The translations under genes were made by a program, and so were the position numbers. DNA of 64,000 nucleotides from Minisyncoccota bacterium. Its GTDB lineage: Bacteria; Patescibacteriota; Minisyncoccia; Phycocordibacterales; UBA2100. Within the stretch, counting starts at the first letter, position 1, and each line of letters begins with the position of its first letter. The stretch is from NCBI GenBank assembly GCA_965267345.1, contig OZ253947.1:398665-462664 (forward strand). Reading direction: 5' to 3'. The notes under the pieces are model-generated. The model was not told where the DNA came from, ran no database searches, and was given only the letters and a program-made list of their open reading frames with translations. Of the stretch, positions 54,156-63,155 are shown piece by piece.

Positions 54156-55040
54156 TTAGGATTTTTCTTTTGGTATTTCGTAATTCATAAATAATGTCAG
54201 CCGCTCTTGCACCACTTCAGTGACAGCATCGCGCCCTTTGTCCAAGTAGCGGTACGGTGCAATCTCCTCCGAGTTTTCAGCGAGTGCCGTTTCGATACCC
54301 TTGCGATACGCCACACGAATTTCAGTATTGATGTGCACCATGTTCATGCCGGCAGCAATCGCTTTCACAAAGTCCTCGTCGGTAATTCCCGAGCCACCGT
54401 GCAGTACAAAGTCAGTGTCCGGCAGTGCGGCACGCAGCGCAGCTATGAGTTCAATGTTAAGCGCCGGATTTGAGCGCCCCTTGAGCATGCCGTGAAGATT
54501 GCCAACCGCCGGTGCCAGCGCACTCACTCCCGTCCGCTCCACGTACGCCATAGCATCGTCTGCCGTCGGCAGTGCTGCGGCGACCACATCATCGGGCACA
54601 TCATCCAATACTTTTGATGACGTTCCGATGTAGCCGAGCTCTCCTTCCACTATCACGTCACGTCCTGAGTCATTGGCATAGTCCACCACTTCACGTGTCT
54701 TTTCGATGTTTTCTTCAAGCGGCAGTTTCGTACCGTCGAAAATAACGGAATCGAACCCTGCATCAATTGCCCGCTTGCAGCCGTCAATGTCGTGTGTGTG
54801 ATCAGCATTCAGAAAGATTGGAATCTGAAACTCTTCGCGAGCCGCCGCAACCATGGCCACAGCCTTTTTAAGCCCAACAAACTCACGCTCACCTTCTGAA
54901 ACGCCGATAACCACAGCGACATCGAGTTCTCGCGCTGCAGCAGCAATCGCATTAAGTTGTGTTGAATCTGAGATATTAAAGTGTCCGAGCGCTACGCGCC
55001 GTGCGCGCGCATCTTCAAGTGTTTCGCGTAATGTATGCAT
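54156..55040 (-). CDS. fba: Class II fructose-bisphosphate aldolase
   Basis: GHFNISDSTQLNAIAAAARE..., DHTHDID and HGGSGI motifs. 294 aa. Confidence 0.88.
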   Translation of the reverse strand: MHTLRETLEDARARRVALGHFNISDSTQLNAIAAAARELDVAVVIGVSEGEREFVGLKKAVAMVAAAREEFQIPIFLNADHTHDIDGCKRAIDAGFDSVIFDGTKLPLEENIEKTREVVDYANDSGRDVIVEGELGYIGTSSKVLDDVPDDVVAAALPTADDAMAYVERTGVSALAPAVGNLHGMLKGRSNPALNIELIAALRAALPDTDFVLHGGSGITDEDFVKAIAAGMNMVHINTEIRVAYRKGIETALAENSEEIAPYRYLDKGRDAVTEVVQERLTLFMNYEIPKEKS

Positions 55041-55062
55041 ACCCTCAGTATAGCGAAGAGGT

Positions 55063-55135
55063 AGTTGGTAGTGAGCAGTTGGTAGTGGATAGTCTCGCTA
55101 TCCACTGCTCATCGCTCACTGCTCATCGCTCACCT
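55063..55135. repeat. Divergent-promoter spacer with two 14-bp-period tandem repeats (agttggtagtgagc/agttggtagtggat and cactgctcatcgct x2) flanking a short hairpin (ggatag tctcg ctatcc)
   Basis: Read from the sequence. Lies between divergent fba and the pfkB-family kinase gene. Both genes have TATACT 6-8 nt upstream of their ATG. Confidence 0.6.
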
Positions 55136-55152
55136 AGCTATACTGACAGTAT

Positions 55153-56145
55153 ATGACCAATCAATTGACATTCGTCGCTCTCGGCGACATCACCACTGAT
55201 GCATTTATCAAACTCCGTGAAGGCGTTCGCGTTGAAAAAGAACCAACCGGTAAAGAACTCTGCATGCGCTTCGGCGACAAACTCGAATACGACGATGTTA
55301 CTGTCGTGCCGGCCGTCGGCAATGCCGGCAATGCTGCTGTCTCAGCGTACCGCCTCGGCCTTGCCGCAGCGCTTGTGACCGACATTGGCGACGACCAGTT
55401 TGGCAAAGACAAACTCCAAGCACTCACCGATGAAGGCGTCGATACCACGTACGTCGAGGTCCACGAAGGCATGCAGAGCAACTATCACTACGTGCTTCGC
55501 TTTGGTCCTGAGCGCACCATCCTCATTAAGCACCACGAGTATCCGTATGCAATTCCCGCATTTCCGACCCCTCCAAAGTGGATCTACTTCTCAAGTGTCG
55601 GCGAACACGGCCTCCAGTACCATCACGATTTGGCAGCGTATGTGAAAGAAAACGATGTGAAGCTCGCCTTCCAACCGGGTAGTTTTCAAATCTCACTCGG
55701 CGCTGAGGCAATTGCCGATGTGTACAAGGCCACTGAGCTCTTTTTCTGCAATAAAGAAGAGGCGCAGCGTATTCTCAAAAGTGACAGTGCCGACATCACC
55801 GAGCTCCTTGCGGGCGTTCGTGAGCTTGGTCCAACCATTGCAGTTATCACCGACGGGCCCGACGGTGCGTATGCGTCTGACGGTACGGGTGTCTGGAAAA
55901 TGCCAATGTACCCTGACCCTGCACCGCCTGTCGACCGCACGGGTGCGGGCGATTCATTCTCAAGTACCGTCACCGCAATGCTCGCTGAAGGTATGGATCT
56001 GCCTGAAGCACTCCGTCGTGGACCAATTAACTCTATGTCCGTCGTACAGCACATTGGCGCCCAAAAAGGACTGCTCACCCGCGAGCAACTCGAAGACTAC
56101 CTTGCCGAAGCACCTGCTGACTACACACTCGAGCAATTGGCGTAA
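55153..56145 (+). CDS. PfkB-family carbohydrate kinase (ribokinase-like)
   Basis: N-terminal GG motif region VPAVGNAGNAAV and C-terminal DRTGAGDSFSSTV (the PfkB signature 2). Confidence 0.8.
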   Translation: MTNQLTFVALGDITTDAFIKLREGVRVEKEPTGKELCMRFGDKLEYDDVTVVPAVGNAGNAAVSAYRLGLAAALVTDIGDDQFGKDKLQALTDEGVDTTYVEVHEGMQSNYHYVLRFGPERTILIKHHEYPYAIPAFPTPPKWIYFSSVGEHGLQYHHDLAAYVKENDVKLAFQPGSFQISLGAEAIADVYKATELFFCNKEEAQRILKSDSADITELLAGVRELGPTIAVITDGPDGAYASDGTGVWKMPMYPDPAPPVDRTGAGDSFSSTVTAMLAEGMDLPEALRRGPINSMSVVQHIGAQKGLLTREQLEDYLAEAPADYTLEQLA

Positions 56146-56171
56146 GAGCGCCAAGGGCATACAATGGGTGT

Positions 56172-56630
56172 ATGCGATACGCATCCGGACAACGCGGTTT
56201 TACACTGATTGAACTACTGGTAGTGGTTGCCATTATTGGCATGCTCTCATCTGTTGTCCTTGCGTCACTCAACAGCGCACGCACCAATGCACGTGACGCA
56301 CGGCGCATGCAAGATCTTACGTCACTGACGCGTGCACTTGAACTCTACGCAACCGACAACGTCGGCACATACCCCGCTCACTCTGACGGCACCGTCTCGG
56401 GCGACCTGAGCACCCTCGTATCAAACAACTACATCCCTGCACTGCCAGCTGATCCGCGCTACAGCGGTGGTGCGAATGACTATAAATACTGTCGCGGCTC
56501 AAATAGCGGCACGTATGATCTCGCCGCATACATTGAGGGCGCCAATCAGTGGTGTCGCTTCTCACACGCTGCTGTGCCAGTCACCAGTTGCCTCAGTGAT
56601 ATCTCAAGTTTTTGTGGTGACGTTATCTAG
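56172..56630 (+). CDS. Type IV pilin / pseudopilin (prepilin-type N-terminal cleavage/methylation domain)
   Basis: QRGFTLIELLVVVAIIGMLSSVVLASL, the class III signal peptide with G-1 and E+5. C-terminal Cys pair. Confidence 0.85.
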   Translation: MRYASGQRGFTLIELLVVVAIIGMLSSVVLASLNSARTNARDARRMQDLTSLTRALELYATDNVGTYPAHSDGTVSGDLSTLVSNNYIPALPADPRYSGGANDYKYCRGSNSGTYDLAAYIEGANQWCRFSHAAVPVTSCLSDISSFCGDVI

Positions 56631-57619
56631 GCTTTTCGCTGACGTACCCGCTCGACTGCAGCCACGATGCTCGGCGCATCGAGCTTGTAGTGAGCGATGA
56701 GCTCGTCAGGTGTACCTGATTGACCAAATTCATCTTTCACGCCGACGAACTCCATTGGTACCGGCGCATGTTGTGCCAGTACTTCTGCAACGGTACTGCC
56801 AAGCCCTCCTGCTGCCTGATGCTCCTCAACCGTTACCACGGCACCTGCCTGCTTTGCAACCGTAACTACCTGTTCTTCTTCGAGCGGTTTAATGGTGTGC
56901 ACATTGAGTACGGTTGTCGACACACCTTTGTCCTCAAGTTCGCGTGCGGCGCGAAGCGCATGATGTAAGAGTGGCCCACAGCCAATAATGGCTACCTCAG
57001 GACTCTCACTCTCCCACAGCAATTGGGCTTTGCCGATTTCAAATGGTGATTCGGGTGTTGTGATAACGGGTGTTTTTTCGCGAGCAAGGCGAATGTACAC
57101 AGGCGCATCAATGTCTGCAGCCGCGAGTGTGGCTTTGCGTGCCTCATGCGCATCGCATGGAGCAATGACGACCATGCGCGGAATGACCCGCGTAATGGCG
57201 ATATCTTCAATTGCCTGATGCGTGCCGCCATCAGGGCCCACCGACACACCGGCGTGACTCCCGACAATTTTCACTGCACGATCGTTGTAGCAAATCGTTG
57301 TGCGAATCTGCTCCCAGTTCCGCCCAGGACTAAACATGGCGTATGAGGTAATAAACGGAATCTTCCCTGCAGCAGCCATACCTGATGCCACGACGGCTAA
57401 ATCCTGCTCGGCAACACCCATCTGCACAAAACGCTCAGGATACTTGTCGGCAAAGTCTTTCATGCGAGTTGAACCCGTTAAGTCAGCACATAATCCGACA
57501 ACTGCTGCATTGGCATCGGCTGCTTCGACGAGCCCGTCGCCAAAACCATTGCGCAGCGCCACCTGCTCAACATCATCATCAAATATTTTTGTATTTAGTC
57601 GTGCATTTTTAGCAAGCAT
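56627..57619 (-). CDS. tkt: Transketolase, C-terminal subunit (pyrimidine-binding and C-terminal domains)
   Basis: Conserved start at MLAKNARL...; the ORF extends to 57853, and that extension overlaps the 4HB gene so is rejected. The conserved core is FVQMGVAEQDLAVVASGMAAAGKIPF. Confidence 0.85.
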   Translation of the reverse strand: MLAKNARLNTKIFDDDVEQVALRNGFGDGLVEAADANAAVVGLCADLTGSTRMKDFADKYPERFVQMGVAEQDLAVVASGMAAAGKIPFITSYAMFSPGRNWEQIRTTICYNDRAVKIVGSHAGVSVGPDGGTHQAIEDIAITRVIPRMVVIAPCDAHEARKATLAAADIDAPVYIRLAREKTPVITTPESPFEIGKAQLLWESESPEVAIIGCGPLLHHALRAARELEDKGVSTTVLNVHTIKPLEEEQVVTVAKQAGAVVTVEEHQAAGGLGSTVAEVLAQHAPVPMEFVGVKDEFGQSGTPDELIAHYKLDAPSIVAAVERVRQRKA

Positions 57620-57638
57620 AGAGGTATGAGCTGTGAGA

Positions 57639-58001
57639 TTAGAGCTTTTTAATGAATACGTATAGCATCTTCTGTACTTCCTCAAGCAAGGATTCAGTTG
57701 TACGGTCAGTAACGTGGTAGATCTCCCTAGCAAGTAGTAATTGTGTTTCAAGCTCCGCTGCCGATCCTGCTGATATTGATAAAAATTGCCGATAGTCCTT
57801 GTCTGTTTTCCGCTGGGAACCTTCTGCGATATTCGAAGGAATTGAAACAGCACAGCGGCGCATTTGAATTGCTAAGCCGAACCGCTCATCAGTTGGGAGT
57901 TCTTTTGACAACAGATATACGTTTTTCGTAAGTGCCATTGCCTTCTCCCATACCGTTAATTTTTTGAAATCGCGTACCATATCCTTTTGCTCATTGCTCA
58001 C
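57639..58001 (-). CDS. Four-helix-bundle protein (TIGR02436 / 23S rRNA-intervening-sequence protein family) inserted between the transketolase subunit genes
   Basis: DFKKLTVWEKAMALTKNVYLLSKELPTDERFGLAIQMRRCAVSIPSNIAEGSQRKTDKDYRQFLSISAGSAAELETQLLLA matches the family consensus. ~43% GC against ~58% flanks. Confidence 0.85.
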   Translation of the reverse strand: MSNEQKDMVRDFKKLTVWEKAMALTKNVYLLSKELPTDERFGLAIQMRRCAVSIPSNIAEGSQRKTDKDYRQFLSISAGSAAELETQLLLAREIYHVTDRTTESLLEEVQKMLYVFIKKL

Positions 58002-58025
58002 GCCTCACTGCTCAGGGCTAATGCA

Positions 58026-58889
58026 CTACTCATGTTCACTCATTATTTTCCCACCAAGCGTGCGTAGTTCGTGCAACGCCGCATCGGCTTCTTCCTTATT
58101 TGGTGGCTTACCGTGCCAGTGGTAGTCACGCTCAAATTCTTTCACCCCCTTCCCAGGAATCGTGTGGGCAATAATCACCGAGGGCTTGTCATTAACCGAT
58201 TGCGCTTCCCCGATTGCGTCGTTCATGTCGGTAAAACTGTGTCCGTCAGCATCCTGCACATGCCACCCGAAACTCTCAAACTTTTCCTTGAGTGGCTCAA
58301 GTGGCATCACGTCCCACGTAAAGCCGTCAATCTGGATGCCGTTGCGATCGACAATAGCAATAAGGTTTTGGAGGCGCTCGCGACCGGCGAGCATTGCCGA
58401 CTCCCACACCACCCCGCACTCGAGTTCACCGTCGCTCATGAGTGTGTAGACGTAGTGGTGTGCCTGCCGATTCGCATCAATGCGCGCGGCAAGCGCCATC
58501 CCAACCGCCTGTCCCAGACCCGAGCCAAGCGGCCCCGAGCTCACCTCAATGCCGAGTAGCCACTCGCGATGCGGATGCCCTTGCAAACGTGAGCCAAGTT
58601 TGCGCAGTGTTTTGAGTTCCTCCACTGGAAAGTAGTCGGCACGTGCCATCGCTGCGTACTGCACAGGACAAATGTGTCCGTTGGAGAGCACAACACGATC
58701 ACGCTCTTCCCAGTCGGGATTCTGTGGGTCGTGCGTGAGTCGATGAAAATACAGCAGCGTGAAAATGTCAGCCATCCCGAGCGGTCCGGCTGTGTGCCCA
58801 CTGCCCGCTTCAAGCAGCATTTCAATAATGTCCTGACGAATCGTATTCGCCATTGCTGCGAGCTCCTGTACCTTTTCGTCGGTTAGCAT
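58026..58889 (-). CDS. tkt: Transketolase, N-terminal subunit (TPP-binding)
   Basis: GSGHTAGPLGMADIF, the TPP-binding GDGELECG and HHYVYTLMSDGE. Confidence 0.88.
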   Translation of the reverse strand: MLTDEKVQELAAMANTIRQDIIEMLLEAGSGHTAGPLGMADIFTLLYFHRLTHDPQNPDWEERDRVVLSNGHICPVQYAAMARADYFPVEELKTLRKLGSRLQGHPHREWLLGIEVSSGPLGSGLGQAVGMALAARIDANRQAHHYVYTLMSDGELECGVVWESAMLAGRERLQNLIAIVDRNGIQIDGFTWDVMPLEPLKEKFESFGWHVQDADGHSFTDMNDAIGEAQSVNDKPSVIIAHTIPGKGVKEFERDYHWHGKPPNKEEADAALHELRTLGGKIMSEHE

Positions 58890-58948
58890 ACTACCGCTAT
58901 TGTAGCATTGCCGCTGAGCAAATACGGAGGGTCCCTATCCACTTTCTG

Positions 58949-61033
58949 CTATCTCCGCCCCTGATTATAGAGTCGCTGAACTTCAGAAGCAGATAACCTG
59001 CGGTTATACAGCCGCACATTGTCGACGGAACCATTGATAATCTGTGATACTCCTCCTTGCCCTATGCCAATGCGAAGATTCCCTGACCCGGTATGCGTCG
59101 TGGTTGTGGTGAGAACAAGCTCACCATCAATGTAGAGTAATGTTCCGTTCGACACCCCCGAATCAAATACTGAAACAACGTGGTGCCACTCGCCGTCATC
59201 TAAACTGACGCCGGTACTTCTAAATGCAGGTGTGCCGTTATCATACACACCAAATATACCGCCCCATAAGTACATCCCATAGACTTGCGACTTCGTTATG
59301 ATACCGCGAAACGAGGAGCCGGGATTTGTTGTCTTTACCCACGCACTCACCGTACCGGTATTAATTTGTGCCGCAGCAGGAGCGCCCATCTCAACGTAGC
59401 TGTCATCAACATCGTTAAATGTGAGTGCTTGGCCAATCACTCCTATCGTCTTCTCTGGGCTATTTGTTAGTGTTCCATCCATACTGCTGCCACTCCTATC
59501 AATTGCGGTCGTCGTTGATACGTCAGGGCCATCAAAACTCCACAGACCGATAAGGCCATCAGCTAATGACCCCGTGCCGTTCGTGGTGGCAACTTCACTG
59601 GGGCGGTTTGCGTTGTAGATCCGTTTGAGTTCTGCTTCGGTAATTGCTCTGTTATAAAAACGTACATCATCAAGCACGAAGTCAACTGTATTTCTCGAGT
59701 CACTTCGCATGCGTATACCACCATAGCCTGTGCCCGAGGTTGCAGACTGCAATGTAACATTGTCAATCTCGATACCATTTTTGTAAATGGTAAGGTCAGT
59801 GCCGTTTTTGATACCCACGATATGTACCCATTCGTCCTGCTCGACGGTACCCGCTGGAGTATTCAAACCATCGTTTCCACTCACGTCAGTGCTTGACCGC
59901 CAGTGAAGCGCCCCGTCAGCAGAATTATTGAAGTACACGGCGGGAATCCTTCCGCCCGTTCCATCGCTTGCGGACGTGCCGTCTCCATTACCGACAATAA
60001 GATTCCAATTGTTATCAAGTGCAGTCGTTTGTCGTATCCAAAACGCGAGCGTGTAGTCAGTTATATGCAGCGCGGCGTTATCAGCAGTGGTGACACTATC
60101 CGTATCCTCAAAAAGCATACCCTGACCTGCGATCCCACGCGTAACTACAGCGCCAGTAATTGTTCCATCAATGTTGTTGCCACTGCGGTCTTCTAGTGTT
60201 GTTCCCGAAACATCCTTCCCATCAAACGCCCACCAGCCCACCAGGCCGCTAATATCTTCAAGTTGGCGGCTACGGCCGACAACTATGCGACCACGCTCAT
60301 ATAACGCTTGTATCTCACTCGCGCCCATTGCTCGATTATAGATACGCATTTCGTCAATGACTCCTGAAAAATCTTGTGGCACAGCACCATTGTTGGTTCT
60401 CCCGATTGCAAGGGACGCAGCTGTCACCGTTGGTGCAGTAACTGTTCCGCTGTTGGTAAACGAACCGTTTACATAAAAACTGAGGGTCGTTCCTGAGCGC
60501 ACGATAGTAACATGACTCCACTGATCCAAAGGCACACTGCCAGTAGTACCCGCAACCGACTTAAAAGACCCATCATACCACTGCATGTACGGGTACTGGC
60601 TGGGTGCATTATAAAAGAGCGAGTATTGAAGGTCAGATCCCTGTCCAACCCGCAGAGCGGCCTGCGCGGTATCGTAATAGGATGACGATGGCTTAATCCA
60701 AGCTGAAATGGTGACATCGCCTGAAATAGCAAGCTCTGGATTCGTCGATCCTGCAGGTACCACAACGGTCTGATTATTGTCTGTGTCACTCCCATCAAAA
60801 AATAAAGCTGTGTCTCTTTTTCCCGTCACCCAACTTGGCCCGCCTGACAAATTTCCGTGATTCGTGTTGCCACTGAAATCAGTGGCAACAGAACCCGATC
60901 CATCATCAAACGACCAATAGGCTACCAGTCCCAAGTTATTCGGCGGTGCACTTATCGACCCTGCTGCTGCCGTATGTGGGAGGGCGGTTACCAGAAAACC
61001 AATAGCAATGAGTACAAAAAAACGCTGCTGCAT
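58949..61033 (-). CDS. Large secreted protein with three LamG-like (Laminin_G_3 / concanavalin-A-like) domains
   Basis: Signal peptide. Three repeats of the W(S/A)FDG..(D/G)VS..T..D.SG....G(T/N)L... pattern characteristic of LamG_3 domains. 694 aa. Confidence 0.75.
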   Translation of the reverse strand: MQQRFFVLIAIGFLVTALPHTAAAGSISAPPNNLGLVAYWSFDDGSGSVATDFSGNTNHGNLSGGPSWVTGKRDTALFFDGSDTDNNQTVVVPAGSTNPELAISGDVTISAWIKPSSSYYDTAQAALRVGQGSDLQYSLFYNAPSQYPYMQWYDGSFKSVAGTTGSVPLDQWSHVTIVRSGTTLSFYVNGSFTNSGTVTAPTVTAASLAIGRTNNGAVPQDFSGVIDEMRIYNRAMGASEIQALYERGRIVVGRSRQLEDISGLVGWWAFDGKDVSGTTLEDRSGNNIDGTITGAVVTRGIAGQGMLFEDTDSVTTADNAALHITDYTLAFWIRQTTALDNNWNLIVGNGDGTSASDGTGGRIPAVYFNNSADGALHWRSSTDVSGNDGLNTPAGTVEQDEWVHIVGIKNGTDLTIYKNGIEIDNVTLQSATSGTGYGGIRMRSDSRNTVDFVLDDVRFYNRAITEAELKRIYNANRPSEVATTNGTGSLADGLIGLWSFDGPDVSTTTAIDRSGSSMDGTLTNSPEKTIGVIGQALTFNDVDDSYVEMGAPAAAQINTGTVSAWVKTTNPGSSFRGIITKSQVYGMYLWGGIFGVYDNGTPAFRSTGVSLDDGEWHHVVSVFDSGVSNGTLLYIDGELVLTTTTTHTGSGNLRIGIGQGGVSQIINGSVDNVRLYNRRLSASEVQRLYNQGRR

Positions 61034-61037
61034 ACTA

Positions 61038-61604
61038 CTATTCTACCGCAAATGTCGACAGCATCTCGCCCAATACTGGTGCCATACTACGACTTGACGA
61101 GACTTGGTAGAGGAAATCGCCATGCACGAACCATGCATGTGCTTCGCTCCCGTTAAAGAAGCCGACGCCCTGTATCGTGTCGCCAATCACGATCTGTGCA
61201 GGACGCTCCATCGCTAAGTCCGGCAAATCGGCACGAATACGCCCAATCGTAAGCAGCCCTACTTCATCAAATGGCGTTATAAAAAGTTGCACACCCTGTC
61301 GCGGATTGTCCCGCTTTTGAAACAGCACCGCTTCCCCTTCACCCTCAGGAAACACGCCGACCGTGAACCCTTCCGGGTGTATTACACTAAATGCAGGATA
61401 TTCGTGAATGTAGCGCCCGTCTTCAGTACGCGGAGTTGGCAGCGGCACTGCCGTATCAGCAGTATCTGTCGCAGCTGTCATGCTGCCAGATACTGACGCA
61501 GGCTGCTGTGCGTTTTCTGTCGGAGCGTACACCCCATACGCAAGCGCCCCGATACTCCCGATCGCCACAATTACCATCGCAGTATATGCAAGACGTATGC
61601 GCAT
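61038..61604 (-). CDS. Hypothetical secreted protein (188 aa)
   Basis: N-terminal TM/signal (MRIRLAYTAMVIVAIGSIGALAYGVYA). No recognisable motifs. Confidence 0.45.
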   Translation of the reverse strand: MRIRLAYTAMVIVAIGSIGALAYGVYAPTENAQQPASVSGSMTAATDTADTAVPLPTPRTEDGRYIHEYPAFSVIHPEGFTVGVFPEGEGEAVLFQKRDNPRQGVQLFITPFDEVGLLTIGRIRADLPDLAMERPAQIVIGDTIQGVGFFNGSEAHAWFVHGDFLYQVSSSRSMAPVLGEMLSTFAVE

Positions 61605-61630
61605 TCCCTGTAGTATACCAAGGTGCGCTC

Positions 61631-62326
61631 TTATACAGTAGCCGCTGCACGTGCGAGATGCTCATACGACGCTACGGGATCATTCGCCTGCATAATGGCC
61701 GAGCCGATTCCCACGCGCTGCACACCGACGCGCATGAGCTCGGGAAGTATCGTTTCAGTAATACCGCCATCAGCGGCAATAGTGAGCTGCGGATACTGCT
61801 CTGTCAGAGTCCGAATACGATCAAGGGCGCGTTCGTCAAACGCATGTCCTTGGTAGCCAATTTCGGCGATACTCATCACCTGTACACTTTCGATATGTCC
61901 GCTTTCAATAAGCGGCACAACAGACTCGATACTGGTGTCGAGCATGAGACTAACGCCAACAGCAACATCTTGCTGACGCAGTGTTGCGGCAAAATCAATC
62001 GCTTCCTCAGGTGTGGCGAAGCTTTCAACATGGAAAATGATGCGACGCGCACCCGCCGCAACAAAGTGCTCTGCAACGACTGCAGGGTTCTGCACCATAA
62101 GGTGTATTTCATAGAGCACTGTGTCGGCTGCCGGAAGTGTAGGGACGTCAGCAACAGTAAGTTCACCATCAGTCACGCGATACGGAAAGCTACACGACGG
62201 CACAAAAACACCGTCCATGACGTCAATCTGTACTGCATCGACAACCGCCGTAAGCGGCTCGAGTGCGTGCGTGAGTTCCTCCCACGTGGTAGCCATTACC
62301 GCAGGAAGTACCTGACACGTCGCCAT
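61631..62326 (-). CDS. rpe: Ribulose-phosphate 3-epimerase
   Basis: DVMDGVFVP, HLMV and the GGI motifs of the RPE family. Confidence 0.8.
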   Translation of the reverse strand: MATCQVLPAVMATTWEELTHALEPLTAVVDAVQIDVMDGVFVPSCSFPYRVTDGELTVADVPTLPAADTVLYEIHLMVQNPAVVAEHFVAAGARRIIFHVESFATPEEAIDFAATLRQQDVAVGVSLMLDTSIESVVPLIESGHIESVQVMSIAEIGYQGHAFDERALDRIRTLTEQYPQLTIAADGGITETILPELMRVGVQRVGIGSAIMQANDPVASYEHLARAAATV

Positions 62327-62328
62327 AG

Positions 62329-62589
62329 CTAAGATGTAGTAAACGCAACGGGTTGCGGCACTGGCGGCAATTCAGTGTTTTCGCGCGGCCAGAATACAAA
62401 TGCGAGAATCGCTGCCACAACGCCGATGGCAATGAGTACGAATGCTGCCTGTCGTGCATCTTTTGCCAAACCCGCACGGATCACTATTTTCGTAAGTGCT
62501 GACATGCGCGGTCCGCGTGGGCCGCGGGCATACTGCATTCCAGGTTCATCGAATTGCACATTGTTCGCCATATATCGGTATTGTATCAC
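62329..62589 (-). CDS. Small hypothetical membrane protein (86 aa)
   Basis: Single TM (AFVLIAIGVVAAILAFVFW). Sits between rpe and rpiB. Confidence 0.35.
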   Translation of the reverse strand: MIQYRYMANNVQFDEPGMQYARGPRGPRMSALTKIVIRAGLAKDARQAAFVLIAIGVVAAILAFVFWPRENTELPPVPQPVAFTTS

Positions 62590-63143
62590 TCTGCCTCTTC
62601 CGACAAACGTGGTGTGTGCACAGCATCTACCTTTGCCATACGGCGCACGTGCCGCTCATCGCCGCTAAAAGCTGTTTCCAGCCACTGCTGCACTGCTTCC
62701 TTTGCCACATCGACGGTCACAAAGCGCGCCCCGATACTCAACACATTCGCGTCATTGTGGGCGCGTGCTGACGTAATGATATTAAGCTGCTCGCCCGTCG
62801 CGTCAGTTTGTGTCGTTGCCGGCTCACCGTAAAATACGGCTGCGCGTACGCCTTTAAAGCGGTTTGCGACCATCGCCTCACCCTGCCCTGACCCGCCCAG
62901 CACGATGCCGAGATGGCCATCTCGGGTATCCGAGATGCGCTGCGCAAGCGGCACAACGTAGTCGGGATAGTCGTCCAGCTCGTTATATTCATAGGCACCG
63001 CAGTCCTCCACCGAAAACCCAAGCTCATCGCGCACAAACGCCATAAGCTCTTCTTTCAAAGAGAATCCTGCGTGATCTGAGGCAAAAAGTATGTTGCGAG
63101 CAGTTGGGAGTTGGGAGTCTGTAGTTGGGAGTTCTTGATTCAT
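62586..63143 (-). CDS. rpiB: Ribose-5-phosphate isomerase B (RpiB/LacA/LacB family). The N-terminal 17 aa are encoded by a gttgggagt repeat tract, so the start may be downstream.
   Basis: ILFASDHAGFSLKEEL...GIVLGGSGQGEAMVANRFKGVRAAVFYG, the RpiB signature. Confidence 0.8.
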   Translation of the reverse strand: MNQELPTTDSQLPTARNILFASDHAGFSLKEELMAFVRDELGFSVEDCGAYEYNELDDYPDYVVPLAQRISDTRDGHLGIVLGGSGQGEAMVANRFKGVRAAVFYGEPATTQTDATGEQLNIITSARAHNDANVLSIGARFVTVDVAKEAVQQWLETAFSGDERHVRRMAKVDAVHTPRLSEEAE

Positions 63144-63155
63144 ACATTCTCAAAA

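Noticed and set aside
57620-57853. 78-aa N-terminal extension of the transketolase C-terminal subunit ORF
   Set aside because: It overlaps the four-helix-bundle gene on the same strand and lacks tkt homology. The conserved start is MLAKNARL at 57619.
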